A stretch of 64,000 bases of DNA from Eledone cirrhosa (GCA_964016885.1 OZ024749.1:10850001-10914000); one strand, 5' to 3'; shown: positions 38,749-55,639, numbered from the stretch's first letter. Program-made: numbers and translations. The notes: generated by a model not told the origin, from the sequence alone.

Positions 38749-41700
38749 TACTATAGTAGCCACAGTTAACTATATTAACTATAGTAGCCACAGTTAACTA
38801 TATTAACTATAGTAGCCACAGTTAACTATATTAACTATAGTAGCCACAGTTAAATATATTAACTATATTAGCCACAGTTAACTATATTAACTATATTAGT
38901 CACAGTTAACTATATTAGCCACAGTTAACTATATTAACTATATTAGCCACAGTTAACTATATTAACTATATTAGCCACAGTTAACTATATTAACTATATT
39001 AGCCACAGTTAACTATATTAACTATATTAGCCACAGTTAACTATATTAACTATATTAACCACAGTTAACTATATTAACTATATTAGTCACAGTTAACTAT
39101 ATTAATTATATTAGCCACAATTAACTATATTAACTATATTAGTCACAGTTAACACTATTAACTGTATTAACTATATTAACTATATTACCCACAATTAACT
39201 ATATTAACTATATTAGCCGCAGTTAACTATATTAAGTATATTACCCACAGTTAACTATATTAACTGTATTAGCCACAGTTAACTATATTAACTATATTAG
39301 CCACAGTTAACTATATTAACTATATTAACTACAGTTAACAATATTAACTATATTAGCCACAGTTAACTATATTAACTATATTAGCCACAGTTAACTATAT
39401 TAAGTATATTACCCACAGTTAACTATATTAACTATATTAGCCACAGTTAACTATATTAACTATATTAGCCACAGTTAACTATATTAACTATATTACCCAC
39501 AGTTAACTATATTAACTATATTAGGCAGAGTTAATATAGTTAACTGTGGCTAATATAGTTAATATAGTTAACTATATTAGCCGCAGTTAATTATATTAAC
39601 TATAGTAGCCAGTTAACTATATTAACTATAGTAGTCACAGTTAACTATATTAACAATATTACCCACAGTTAACTATATTAACTATATTACCCACAGTTAA
39701 CTATATTAACTATATTACCCACAGTTAACTATATTAACTATATTACCCACAGTTAACTATACTAACTATATTACCCACAGTTAACTATATTAACTATAAT
39801 TAGGCAAAGTTAACTATATTAACTATATTACCCACAGTTAACTATATTAACTATATTACCCACAGTTAACTATATTAACTATATTAGCCACAGTTACCTA
39901 TATTAACTATATTAGACACAGTTACCTATATTAACTATATTAGACACAGTTAACTATATTAACTATATTAGGCGCAGTTAACTGTGACTAATATAGTTAA
40001 TATAGTTAACTGTGACTAATATAGTTAATATAATTAACTGTGGCTAATATAGTTAATATAGTTAACTGCGGCTAATATAGTTAACTGCGCCTAATATAGT
40101 TAATATAGTTAACTGTGAATAATATAGTTAACTGTGAATAATATAGTTAATATAGTTAACTGCGGCTAATATAGTTAATATAGTTAACTGTGACTACTAT
40201 AGTTAATATAGTTAACTGGCTACTATAGTTAATATAATTAACTGCGGCTAATATAGTTAACTGTGGCTAATATAGTTAATATAGTTAACTGTGGCTAATA
40301 TAGTTAATATATTTAACTGTGACTAATATAGTTAACTGTGACTAATATAGTTAATATAGTTAATTGTGGCTAATATAGTTAATATAGTTAACTGTGACTA
40401 ATATAGTTAATATAGTTAACTGTGGCTAATATAGTTAATTGTGGGTAATATAGTTAATATAGTTAACTGTGGCTAATATAGTTAACTGTGACTAATATAG
40501 TTAATATAGTTAACTGTGGCTAATATAGTTAATATAGTTAACTGTGGCTAATATAGTTAACTGCGCCTAATATAGTTAATATAGTTAACTATATTACCCA
40601 CAGTTAACTATATTAACTATATTAGCCACAGTTAACTATATTAACTATATTAGTCACAGTTAACTATATTAACTATATTAGTCACAGTTAACTATATTAG
40701 CCACAGTTAACTATATTAACTATATTACCCACAATTAACTATATTAGCCACAGTTAACTATATTAACTATATTAGTCACAGTTAACTATATTAACTATAT
40801 TAGCCACAGTTAACTATATTAACTATATTAGACACAGTTAACTATATTAACTATATTAGCCACAGTTAACTATATTAACTATATTAGCCGCAGTTAATTA
40901 TATTAACTATAGTAGCCAGTTAACTATATTAACTATAGTAGTCACAGTTAACTATATTAACAATATTACCCACAGTTAACTATATTAACTATATTAGCCG
41001 CAGTTAACTATATTAACTATATTACCCACAGTTAACTATATTAACTATATTAGCTGCAGTTAACTATATTAACTATATTACCCACAATTAACTATATTAG
41101 CCACAGTTAACTGTGGGTAATATAGTTAATACAGTTAACTGTGGCTAATATAGTTAATATAGTTAATATAGTTAACTGTGGCTAATATAGTTAATATAGT
41201 TAACTGTGGCTAATATAGTTAACTGTGGCTAATATAGTTAATATAGTTAACTATATTAACTATATTACCCACAGTTAACTATATTAACTATATTAGTCAC
41301 AGTTAACTATATTAACTATATTAGCCACAGTTAACTATATTAACTATATTAGCCACAGTTAACTGTATTAACTATATTAGCCACAGTTAACTATATTAAC
41401 TATATTAGCTGCAGTTCACTATATTAACTATATTAGCCACAGTTCACTATATTAACTATATTAGCCACAGTTAACTATATTAACTATATTAGCCACAGTT
41501 AACTATATTAACTATATTAGCCACATTTAACTATATTAACTATATTAGCCACAGTTAACTATATTAACTATATTAGCCACAGTTAACTATATTAACTATA
41601 TTAGCCACAGTTAACTATATTAACTATATTAGCCACAGTTAACTGTATTAACTATATTAGCCACAGTTAACTATATTAACTATATTAGCCACAGTTAACT

Positions 41701-44700
41701 ATATTAACTATATTAGCCACAGTTAACTATATTAACTATATTAGACGCAGTTAACTATATTAACTATATTAGCCACAGTTAACTATATTAACTATATTAG
41801 TCACAGTTAACTATATTAACTATATTACCCACAGTTAACTATCATCATCATCGTTTAACGTCCATCTTCCACGCTAGCATGGGTTTAACTATATTAACCA
41901 TATTAACTATATTAGCCTCAGTTAACTATATTAACTATATTACCCACAGTTAACTATGTTAACTTTATTAGTCACAGTTAACTATATTAACTATATTAGC
42001 CACAGTTAACTGTATTAACTATATTAACTATATTAGACATAGTTAACTATATTACCTATATTAACTATATTAGCAACAGTTAACTATATTAACTATATTA
42101 GCCACAGTTAGCTATATTAACTGTATTAGCCACAGTTAACTATATTAACTATATTAGCCACAGTTAACAATATTAACTATATTAACTATATTAGCCACAG
42201 TTAACTATATTAACTATATTAGACACAGTTAACTATATTACCCGCAGTTAACTATATTAACTATATTATCCGTAGTTAACTATATTAACCGCAGTTAACT
42301 ATATTAACTATATTAGCCACATTTAACTATATTAACAATATTACCCACAGTTAACTATATTAACTATATTAGCCACAGTTAACTATATTGACTATATTAG
42401 TCACAGTTAACTATATTAACTATATTACCCACAGTTAACTATATTAACTATATTAGCCACAGTTAAGTATATTAACTATATTATCCACAGTTAACTGTTT
42501 TAACTATATTAGCCACAGTTAACTGTATTAACTATATTAGCCACAGTTAACTGTGGCTAATATAGTTAATATAGTCAACTGTGGCTAATATAGTTAATAT
42601 AGTTAACTATATTATCCACAGTTACCTATATTAACTATATTATCCACAGTTAACTATATTAGCCGCAGTTAACTATATTAGCCACAGTTAACTATATTAA
42701 CTATATTAGTCACAGTTAACTATATTAACTATATTAGTCACAGTTAACTATATTAACTATATTAGTCACAGTTAACTATATTAACTATATTAGTCACAGT
42801 TAACTATATTAGTCACAGTTAACTATATTAACTATATTAGCCACAGTTAACTATATTAACTATATTAGCCGCCATTAACTATATTAACTATATTAGCCGC
42901 AGTTAACTATATTGACTATATTAGCCGCAGTTAACTATATTAACTATATTAGCCACAGTTAACTATATTAACTGTATTAGCCACAGTTAACTATATTAAC
43001 TATATTAGCCACAGTTAACTATATTAACTGTATTAGCCACAGTTAACTATATTAACTATATTAGCCACAGTTAACAATATTAACTATATTAGCCACAGTT
43101 AACTATATTAACTATATTAACCACAGTTAACTATATTAACTATATTAGTCACAGTTAACTATATTAATTATATTAGCCACAATTAACTATATTAACTATA
43201 TTAGTCACAGTTAACACTATTAACTGTATTAACTATATTAACTATATTACCCACAATTAACTATATTAACTATATTAGCCGCAGTTAACTATATTGACTA
43301 TATTAGCCGCAGTTAACTATATTAACTATATTAGCCACAGTTAACTATATTAACTGTATTAGCCACAGTTAACTATATTAACTATATTAGCCACAGTTAA
43401 CTATATTAACTATATTAACTACAGTTAACAATATTAACTATATTAGCCACAGTTAACTATATTAACTATATTAGCCACAGTTAACTATATTAAGTATATT
43501 ACCCACAGTTAACTATATTAACTATATTAGCCACAGTTAACTATATTAACTATATTAGCCACAGTTAACTATATTAACTATATTACCCACAGTTAACTAT
43601 ATTAACTATATTAGGCAGAGTTAATATAGTTAACTGTGGCTAATATAGTTAATATAGTTAACTATATTAGCCGCAGTTAATTATATTAACTATAGTAGCC
43701 AGTTAACTATATTAACTATAGTAGTCACAGTTAACTATATTAACAATATTACCCACAGTTAACTATATTAACTATATTACCCACAGTTAACTATATTAAC
43801 TATATTACCCACAGTTAACTATATTAACTATATTACCCACAGTTAACTATACTAACTATATTACCCACAGTTAACTATATTAACTATAATTAGGCAAAGT
43901 TAACTATATTAACTATATTACCCACAGTTAACTATATTAACTATATTACCCACAGTTAACTATATTAACTATATTAGCCACAGTTACCTATATTAACTAT
44001 ATTAGACACAGTTACCTATATTAACTATATTAGACACAGTTAACTATATTAACTATATTAGGCGCAGTTAACTGTGACTAATATAGTTAATATAGTTAAC
44101 TGTGACTAATATAGTTAATATAATTAACTGTGGCTAATATAGTTAATATAGTTAACTGCGGCTAATATAGTTAACTGCGCCTAATATAGTTAATATAGTT
44201 AACTGTGAATAATATAGTTAACTGTGAATAATATAGTTAATATAGTTAACTGCGGCTAATATAGTTAATATAGTTAACTGTGGGTAATATTGTTAATATA
44301 GTTAACTGTGACTACTATAGTTAATATAGTTAACTGGCTACTATAGTTAATATAATTAACTGCGGCTAATATAGTTAACTGTGGCTAATATAGTTAATAT
44401 AGTTAACTGTGACTAATATAGTTAATATAGTTAACTGTGGCTAATATAGTTAATTGTGGGTAATATAGTTAATATAGTTAACTGTGGCTAATATAGTTAA
44501 CTGTGACTAATATAGTTAATATAGTTAACTGTGGCTAATATAGTTAATATAGTTAACTGTGGCTAATATAGTTAACTGCGCCTAATATAGTTAATATAGT
44601 TAACTATATTACCCACAGTTAACTATATTAACTATATTAGCCACAGTTAACTATATTAACTATATTAGTCACAGTTAACTATATTAACTATATTAGTCAC

Positions 44701-47700
44701 AGTTAACTATATTAGCCACAGTTAACTATATTAACTATATTACCCACAATTAACTATATTAGCCACAGTTAACTATATTAACTATATTAGTCACAGTTAA
44801 CTATATTAACTATATTAGCCACAGTTAACTATATTAACTATATTAGACACAGTTAACTATATTAACTATATTAGCCACAGTTAACTATATTAACTATATT
44901 AGCCGCAGTTAATTATATTAACTATAGTAGCCAGTTAACTATATTAACTATAGTAGTCACAGTTAACTATATTAACAATATTACCCACAGTTAACTATAT
45001 TAACTATATTAGCCGCAGTTAACTATATTAACTATATTACCCACAGTTAACTATATTAACTATATTAGCTGCAGTTAACTATATTAACTATATTACCCAC
45101 AATTAACTATATTAGCCACAGTTAACTGTGGGTAATATAGTTAATACAGTTAACTGTGGCTAATATAGTTAATATAGTTAATATAGTTAACTGTGGCTAA
45201 TATAGTTAATATAGTTAACTGTGGCTAATATAGTTAACTGTGGCTAATATAGTTAATATAGTTAACTATATTAACTATATTACCCACAGTTAACTATATT
45301 AACTATATTAGTCACAGTTAACTATATAAACTATATTAGCCACAGTTAACTATATTAACTATATTAGCCACAGTTAACTGTATTAACTATATTAGCCACA
45401 GTTAACTATATTAACTATATTAGTCACAGTTAACTATATTAACTATATTAGCTGCAGTTCACTATATTAACTATATTAGCCACAGTTCACTATATTAACT
45501 ATATTAGCCACAGTTAACTATATTAACTATATTAGCCACAGTTAACTATATTAACTATATTAGCCACATTTAACTATATTAACTATATTAGCCACAGTTA
45601 ACTATATTAACTATATTAGCCACAGTTAACTATATTAACTATATTAGCCACAGTTAACTATATTAACTATATTAGCCACAGTTAACTGTATTAACTATAT
45701 TAGCCACAGTTAACTATATTAACTATATTAGCCACAGTTAACTATATTAACTATATTAGCCACAGTTAACTATATTAACTATATTAGCCACAGTTAACTA
45801 TATTAACTATATTAGACGCAGTTAACTATATTAACTATATTAGCCACAGTTAACTATATTAACTATATTAGTCACAGTTAACTATATTAACTATATTACC
45901 CACAGTTAACTATCATCATCATCGTTTAACGTCCATCTTCCACGCTAGCATGGGTTTAACTATATTAACCATATTAACTATATTAGCCACAGTTAACTAT
46001 ATTAACTATATTACCCACAGTTAACTATGTTAACTTTATTAGTCACAGTTAACTATATTAACTATATTAGCCACAGTTAACTGTATTAACTATATTAACT
46101 ATATTAGACATAGTTAACTATATTACCTATATTAACTATATTAGCAACAGTTAACTATATTAACTATATTAGCCACAGTTAGCTATATTAACTGTATTAG
46201 CCACAGTTAACTATATTAACTATATTAGCCACAGTTAACAATATTAACTATATTAACTATATTAGCCACAGTTAACTATATTAACTATATTAGACACAGT
46301 TAACTATATTACCCGCAGTTAACTATATTAACTATATTATCCGTAGTTAACTATATTAACCGCAGTTAACTATATTAACTATATTAGCCACATTTAACTA
46401 TATTAACAATATTACCCACAGTTAACTATATTAACTATATTAGCCACAGTTAACTATATTGACTATATTAGTCACAGTTAACTATATTAACTATATTACC
46501 CACAGTTAACTATATTAACTATATTAGCCACAGTTAAGTATATTAACTATATTATCCACAGTTAACTGTTTTAACTATATTAGCCACAGTTAACTGTATT
46601 AACTATATTAGCCACAGTTAACTGTGGCTAATATAGTTAATATAGTCAACTGTGGCTAATATAGTTAATATAGTTAACTATATTATCCACAGTTACCTAT
46701 ATTAACTATATTATCCACAGTTAACTATATTAGCCGCAGTTAACTATATTAGCCACAGTTAACTATATTAACTATATTAGTCACAGTTAACTATATTAAC
46801 TATATTAGTCACAGTTAACTATATTAACTATATTAGTCACAGTTAACTATATTAACTATATTAGTCACAGTTAACTATATTAGTCACAGTTAACTATATT
46901 AACTATATTAGCCACAGTTAACTATATTAACTATATTAGCCGCCATTAACTATATTAACTATATTAGCCGCAGTTAACTATATTGACTATATTAGCCGCA
47001 GTTAACTATATTAACTATATTAGCCACAGTTAACTATATTAACTGTATTAGCCACAGTTAACTATATTAACTATATTAGCCACAGTTAACTATATTAACT
47101 GTATTAGCCACAGTTAACTATATTAACTATATTAGCCACAGTTAACAATATTAACTATATTAGCCACAGTTAACTATATTAACTATATTACCCACAGTTA
47201 ACTATATTAACTATATTAGGCAGAGTTAATATAGTTAACTGTGGCTAATATAGTTAATATAGTTAACTGTGGCTAATACAGTTAATATAGTTAACTGTGG
47301 CTAATATAGTTAATATAGTTAACTGTGGCTAATACAGTTAATATAGTTAACTGTGGCTAATATAGTTAATATAGTTAACTGCGGCTAATATAGTCAATAT
47401 AGTTAACTGCGGCTAATATAGTTAAGAGTTAACTGTGGCTAATATAGTTAATATAGTTAACTGTGACTAATATAGTTAATATAGTTAACTGTGACTAATA
47501 TAGTTAATATAGTTAACTGTGACTAATATAGTTAATATAGTTAACTGTGACTAATATAGTTAATATAGTTAACTGTGGCTAATATAGTTAATATAGTTAA
47601 CTGTGGCTAATATAGTTAACTATATTAACTATATTAGGCGCAGTTAACTATATTAGCCACAGTTACCTATATTAACTATATTAGCCACAGTTAACTATAT

Positions 47701-50700
47701 TAACTATATTAGTCACATTTAACTATATTAACTATATTAGTCACATTTAACTATATTAACTATATTAGTCACAGTTAACTATATTAACTATATTAGTCAC
47801 AGTTAACTATATTAGCCACAGTTAACTATATTAACTATATTACCCACAATTAACTATATTAGCCACAGTTAACTATATTAACTATATTAGTCACAGTTAA
47901 CTATATTAGTCACAGTTAACTATATTAACTATATTATTCACAGTTAACTATATTAACTATATTAGCCACAGTTAACTATATTATCTATATTAGCCGCCAT
48001 TAACTATATTAACTATATTAGACGCAGTTAACTATATTAGCCACAGTTAACTATATTAACTATATTAGGCGCAGTTAACTATATTAGCCGCAGTTAACTA
48101 TATTAGCCACAGTTAGCTATATTAACTGTACTAGCCACAGTTAACTATATTAACTATATTAGCCACAGTTAACAATATTAACTATATTAACTATATTAGC
48201 CACAGTTAACTATATTAACTATATTACCCACAGTTAACTATATTAACTATATTAGCCGCAGTTAATTATATTAACTATAGTAGCCAGTTAACTATATTAA
48301 CTATAGTAGTCACAGTTAACTATATTAACAATATTACCCACAGTTAAGTATATTAACTATATTACCCACAGTTAACTATATTAACTATATTACCCACAGT
48401 TAATTATATTAACTATATTACCCACAGTTAACTATATTAACTATATTAGGCACAGTTAACTATACTAACTATATTACCCACAGTTAACTATATTAACTAT
48501 AATTAGGCACAGTTAACTATATTAACTATATTACCCACAGTTAACTATATTAACTATATTAGCCACAGTTACCTATATTAACTATATTAGACACAGTTAA
48601 CTATATTAACTATATTAGGCGCAGTTAACTGTGACTAATATAGTTAATATAGTTAACTGTGACTAATATAGTTAACTGTGACTATTATAGTTAATATAGT
48701 TAACTGTGGCTAATATAGTTAATATAGTTAACTGCGCCTAATATAGTTAACTGCGCCTAATATAGTTAATATAGTTAATATAGTTAACTGTGGCTAATAT
48801 AGTTAATATAGTTAACTGTGAATAATATAGTTAATATAGTTAACTGCGGCTAATATAGTTAATATAGTTAACTGTGGGTAATATTGTTAATATAGTTAAC
48901 TGTGACTACTATAGTTAAGATAGTTAACTGGCTACTATAGTTAATATAATTAAATGCGGTTAATATAGTTAACTGTGGCTAATATAGTTAATATAGTTAA
49001 CTGTGGCTAATATAGTTAACTGCGTCTAATATAGTTAATATAGTTAATGGCGGCTAATATAGTTAATATAGTTAACTGTGGCTAATATAGTTAATATAGT
49101 TAACTGTGAATAATATAGTTAATATAGTTAACTGTGACTAATATAGTTAATATAGTTAACTGTGACTAATATAGTTAATATAGTTAACTGTGGCTAATAT
49201 AGTTAATTGTGGGTAATATAGTTAATATAGTTAAATGTGGCTAATATAGTTAACTGCGCCTAATATAGTTAATATAGTTAACTATATTAGCCACAGTTAA
49301 CTATATTAACTATATTAGCCACAGTTAACTATATTAACTATATTAGTCACAGTTAACTATATTAACTATATTAGTCACAGTTAACTATATTAGCCACAGT
49401 TAACTATATTAACTATATTAGCCACAGTTAACTATATTAACTATATTAGACACAGTTAACTATATTAACTATATTAGCCACAGTTAACTATATTAACTAT
49501 ATTAGCCACAGTTAATTATATTAACTATAGTAGCCAGTTAACTATATTAACTATAGTAGTCATAGTTAACTATATTAACAATATTACCCACAGTTAACTA
49601 TATTAACTATATTAGCCACAGTTAACTATATTAACTATATTACCACAGTTAACTATATTAACTATATTAGCTGCAGTTAACTATATTAACTATATTACCC
49701 ACAATTAACTATATTAGCCACAGTTAACTGTGGGTAATATAGTTAATATAGTTAACTGTGACTAATATAGTTAATATAGTTAACTGTGGCTAATATAGTT
49801 AATACAGTTAACTGTGGCTAATATAGTTAATATAGTTAACTGTGGCTAATATAGTTAATATAGTTAACTGTGGCTAATATAGTTAATATAGTTAACTGTG
49901 GCTAATATAGTTAATATAGTTAACTGTGGCTAATTTAGTTAATATAGTTAACTGTGGCTAATATAGTTAATATAGTTAACTATATTAACTATATTACCCA
50001 CAGTTAACTATATTAACTATATTAGCCACAGTTAACTATATTAACTATATTAGCCACAGTTAACTGTATTAACTATATTAGCCACAGTTAACTGTATTAA
50101 CTATATTAGCCACAGTTAACTATATTAACTATATTAGCCACAGTTAACTATATTAACTATATTAGACGCAGTTAACTATATTAACTATATTAGACGCAGT
50201 TAACTATATTAACTATATTAGACGCAGTTAACTATATTAACTATATTAGCCACAGTTAACTATATTAACTATATTAGTCACAGTTAACTATATTAACTAT
50301 ATTAGACACAGTTAACTATATTAACTATATTACCCACAGTTAACTATCATCATCATCGTTTAACGTCCATCTTCCACGCTAGCATGGGTTTAACTATATT
50401 AACCATATTAACTATATTAGCCACAGTTAACTATATTAACTATATTACCCACAGTTAACTATGTTAACTTTATTAGTCACAGTTAACTATATTAACTATA
50501 TTAGCCACAGTTAACTGTATTAACTATATTAACTATATTAGACATAATTAACTATATTACCTATATTAACTATATTACCAACAGTTAACTATATTAGCCA
50601 CAGTTAGCTATATTAACTGTACTAGCCACAGTTAACTATATTAACTATATTAGCCACAGTTAACAATATTAACTATATTAACTATATTAGCCACAGTTAA

Positions 50701-53700
50701 CTATATTAACTATATTAGACACAGTTAACTATATTAACTATATTACCCGCAGTTAACTTTATTAACTATATTATCCGTAGTTAACTATATTAACCGCAGT
50801 TAACTATATTAACTATATTAGCCACATTTAACTATATTAACAATATTACCCACAGTTAACTATATTAACTATATTAGCCACAGTTAACTATATTGACTAT
50901 ATTAGTCACAGTTAACTATATTAACTATATTAGCCACAGTTAAGTATATTAACTATATTATCCACAGTTAACTGTATTAACTATATTAGCCACAGTTAAC
51001 TATATTAACTATATTAGCCACAGTTAACTATATTATCCACAGTTACCTATATTAACTATATTATCCACAGTTAACTATATTAACTATATTAGCCGCAGTT
51101 AACTATATTAGCCACAGTTAACTATATTAACTATATTAGTCACAGTTAACTATATTAACTATATTAGTCACAGTTAACTATATTAACTATATTAGTCACA
51201 GTTAACTATATTAACTATATTAGTCACAGTTAACTATATTAGTCACAGTTAACTATATTAACTATATTAGCCACAGTTAACTATATTAACTATATTAGCC
51301 GCCATTAACTATATTAACTATATTAGACGCATTTAACTATATTAGCCACAGTTAACTATATTAACTATATTAGGCGCAGTTAACTATATTAACTATATTA
51401 GCCACAGTTCACTATATTAACTATATTAGTCACAGTTAACTATATTAACTATATTAGTCACAGTTAACTATATTAGCCACAGTTAACTATATTAACTATA
51501 TTACCCACAATTAACTATATTAGCCACAGTTAACTATATTAACTATATTAGCCACAGTTAACTATATTAACTATATTAGTCACAGTTAACTATATTAAAT
51601 ATATTAGCCACAGTTAACTATATTAACTATATTACCCACAGTTAACTATATTAACTATATTAGCTGCAGTTAACTATATTAACTATATTACCCACAGTTA
51701 ACTATATTAACTATATTACCCACAGTTAACTATATTAACTATATTAGCCACAGTTAACTATATTAACTATATTACCCACAGTTAACTATATTAACTATAT
51801 TAGCCACAGTTAACTATATTAACTATATTAGCCACAGTTAACTATATTAACTATATTAGCCACAGTTAACTATATTAACTATATTAGCCACAGTTAACTA
51901 TATTAACTATATTAGCCACAGTTAACTATATTAACTATATTAGCCACAGTTAACTATATTAACTATATTAGCCACATTTAACTATATTAACTATATTAGC
52001 CACAGTTAACTATATTAACTATATTAGCCACAGTTAACTCTATTAACTATATTAGCCACAGTTAACTATATTAACTATATTAGCCACAGTTAACTATATT
52101 AACTATATTAGTCACAGTTAACTATATTAACTATATTACCCACAGTTAACTATCATCATCATCGTTTAACGTCCATCTTCCACGCTAGCATGGGTTTAAC
52201 TATATTAACCATATTAACTATATTAGCTACAGTTAACTATATTAACTATATTACCCACAGTTAACTATATTAACTTTATTAGTCACAGTTAACTATATTA
52301 ACTATATTAGCCACAGTTAACTGTATTAACTATATTAACTATATTAGACATAGTTAACTATATTACCTATATTAACTATATTAGCAACAGTTAACTATAT
52401 TAACTATATTAGCCACAGTTAGCTATATTAACTGTATTAACCACAGTTAACTATATTAACTATATTAGCCACAGTTAACAATATTAACTATATTAACTAT
52501 ATTAGCCACAGTTAAGTATATTAACTATATTATCCACAGTTAACTATATTAACTATAATAGTCACAGTTAACTATATTAACTATATTAGCCGCCATTAAC
52601 TATATTAGACGCAGTTAACTATATTAGCCACAGTTAACTATATTAACTATATTAGGCGCAGTTAACTATATTATCCGCAGTTACCTATATTAACTATATT
52701 AGCCACAGTTAACTATATTAACTATATTAGTCACAGTTAACTATATTAACTATATTAGTCACAGTTAACTATATTAACTATATTAGTCACAGTTAACTAT
52801 ATTAACTATATTAGTCACAGTTAACTATATTAACTATATTAGTCACAGTTAACTATATTAGCCACAGTTAACTATATTAACTATATTATTCACAGTTAAC
52901 TATATTAACTATATTAGTCACAGTTAACTATATTAACTATATTAGCCACAGTTAACTGTATTAACTATATTAGCCACAGTTAACTATATTAACTATATTA
53001 GCCGCAGTTAACTATATTAACTATATTACCCACAGTTAACTATATTAACTATATTAGCTGCAGTTAACTATATTAACTATATTACCCACAGTTAACTATA
53101 TTAGCCACAGTTAACTTTATTAACTATATTACCCACAGTTAACTATATTAACTATATTAGCCACAGTTAACTATATTAACTTTATTAGTCACAGTTAACT
53201 ACATTAACTATATTAGCCACAGTTAACTGTATTAACTATATTAACTATATTAGACATAGTTAACTATATTACCTATATTAACTATATTAGCAACAGTTAA
53301 CTATATTAGCCACAGTTAGCTATATTAACTGTATTAGCCACAGTTAACTATATTAACTATATTAGCCACAGTTAACAATATTAACTATATTAACTATATT
53401 AGCCACAGTTAACTATATTAACTATATTAGACACAGTTAACTATATTAACTATATTACCCGCAGTTAACTATATTAACTATATTATCCGTAGTTAACTAT
53501 ATTCACCGCAGTTAACTATATTAACTATATTAGCCACATTTAACTATATTAACAATATTACCCACAGTTAACTATATTAACTATATTAGCCACAGTTAAC
53601 TATATTGACTATATTAGTCACAGTTAACTATATTAACTATATTACCCACAGTTAACTATATTAACTATATTAGCCACAGTTAAGTATATTAACTATATTA

Positions 53701-55292
53701 TCCACAGTTAACTGTATTAACTATATTAGCCACAGTTAACTATATTAACTATATTAGCCACAGTTAACTATATTATCCACAGTTACCTATATTAACTATA
53801 TTATCCACAGTTAACTATATTAACTATATTAGCCGCAGTTAACTATATTAGCCACAGTTAACTATATTAACTATATTAGTCACAGTTAACTATATTAACT
53901 ATATTAGTCACAGTTAACTATATTAACTATATTAGTCACAGTTAACTATATTAACTATATTAGCCACAGTTAACTATATTAACTATATTAGCCGCCATTA
54001 ACTATATTAACTATATTAGACGCAGTTAACTATATTAGCCACAGTTAACTATATTAACTATATTAGGCGCAGTTAACTATATTAGCCGCAGTTAACTATA
54101 TTAACTATATTAGCCGCAGTTAACTATATTAACTATATTAGCCACATTTAACTATATTAACTATATTAGCCACAGTTAACTATATTAACTATATTAGCCA
54201 CAGTTAACTCTATTAACTATATTAGCCACAGTTAACTATATTAACTATATTAGCCACAGTTAACTATATTAACTATATTAGCCACAGTTAACTCTATTAA
54301 CTATATTAGCCACAGTTAACTATATTAACTATATTAGCCACAGTTAACTATATTAACTATATTAGCCACAGTTAACTGTATTAACTATATCAGCCACAGT
54401 TAACTGTATTAACTATATTATCCACAGTTAACTATATTAACTATATTAGCGGCAGTTAACTATATTAACTATATTACCCACAGTTAACTATATTAACTAT
54501 ATTAGGCACAGTTAACTATATTAACTATATTAGCCACAGTTAACTATATTAACTATATTAGCCACAGTTAACTATATTAACTATATTAGCCACAGTTAAC
54601 TATATTAACTATATTAGCCACAGTTAACTATATTAACTATATTAGGCACAGTTAACTATATTAACTATATTAGGCACGTTATATTAACTATATTAGCCAC
54701 AGTTAACTGTATTAACTATATTAGCCACAGTTAACTATATTAACTATATTAGCGGCAGTTAACTATATTAACTATATTACCCACAGTTAACTATATTAAC
54801 TATATTAGGCACAGTTAACTATATTAACTATATTAGCCACAGTTAACTATATTAACTATATTAGCCACAGTTAACTATATTAACTATATTAGCCGCAGTT
54901 AACTATATTAACTATATTAGCCACAGTTAACTATATTAACTATATTAGCCACAGTTAACTATATTAGGCACAGTTAACTATATTAACTATATTAGGCACA
55001 GTTAAGTATATTAACTATATTAGCCACAGTTAACTGTATTAACTATATTAGCCACAGTTAACTATATTAACTATATTAGCCACAGTTAACTATATTAACT
55101 ATATTAGCCACAGTTAACTATATTAACTATATTAGCCACAGTTAACTATATTAACTATATTAGCCACAGTTAACTATATTAACTATATTAGCCGCAGGTA
55201 ACTATATTAACTATATTAGCCACAATTATCTATATTAACTATATTAGCCGCAGTTAACTATATTAACCATATTAGCCACAGTTATCTATATT
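38749..55292. repeat. 16.5-kb AT-rich satellite, 28-bp unit, with inversions and higher-order repeats
   Basis: Consensus TAGCCACAGTTAACTATATTAACTATAT; 18- and 38-bp length variants; many reverse-oriented blocks. Confidence 0.99.
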
Positions 55293-55635
55293 AGAATGCT
55301 ATTCCTGAGGCACATTTTGGAGAGGGATTTGAGAGCAGGATACGAGTATAATAGTTGGGCACAGTGGATTGGGACTGTTAAAAAGGAGGTTAATGAACAA
55401 GTGCACCAACAACCTGATTTGAGTATCTCGGTTGAAACCTTTAAAAAGCAGGTCAATAAATTAACCAACTGGAAATCGCCAGAACATTATCCCAGCCCTG
55501 TTTTGGGGAACACTCCAGAAGGCATGCCTACTGGGAACAGCAAGGGCCCTTCGATATGTCCTGAATATCTGAGGCTGCAAATGTTCTGGTTAAATAACAA
55601 CAATGACTGAGATATCAAAGTAATAATAATAATAA
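55293..55635 (+). mobile_element. Internally deleted R4/Dong-like non-LTR element
   Basis: KQVNKLTNWKSP (pre-RT motif) joined to TLQKACLLGTARALRYVLNI* (C-terminus), then a (TAA)n tail. Confidence 0.7.
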
Positions 55636-55639
55636 TCGG

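Noticed and set aside
38749-55292. CRISPR array or telomeric repeat
   Set aside because: The variable part is only ~4 nt; no TTAGGG-type unit; ordinary satellite structure.
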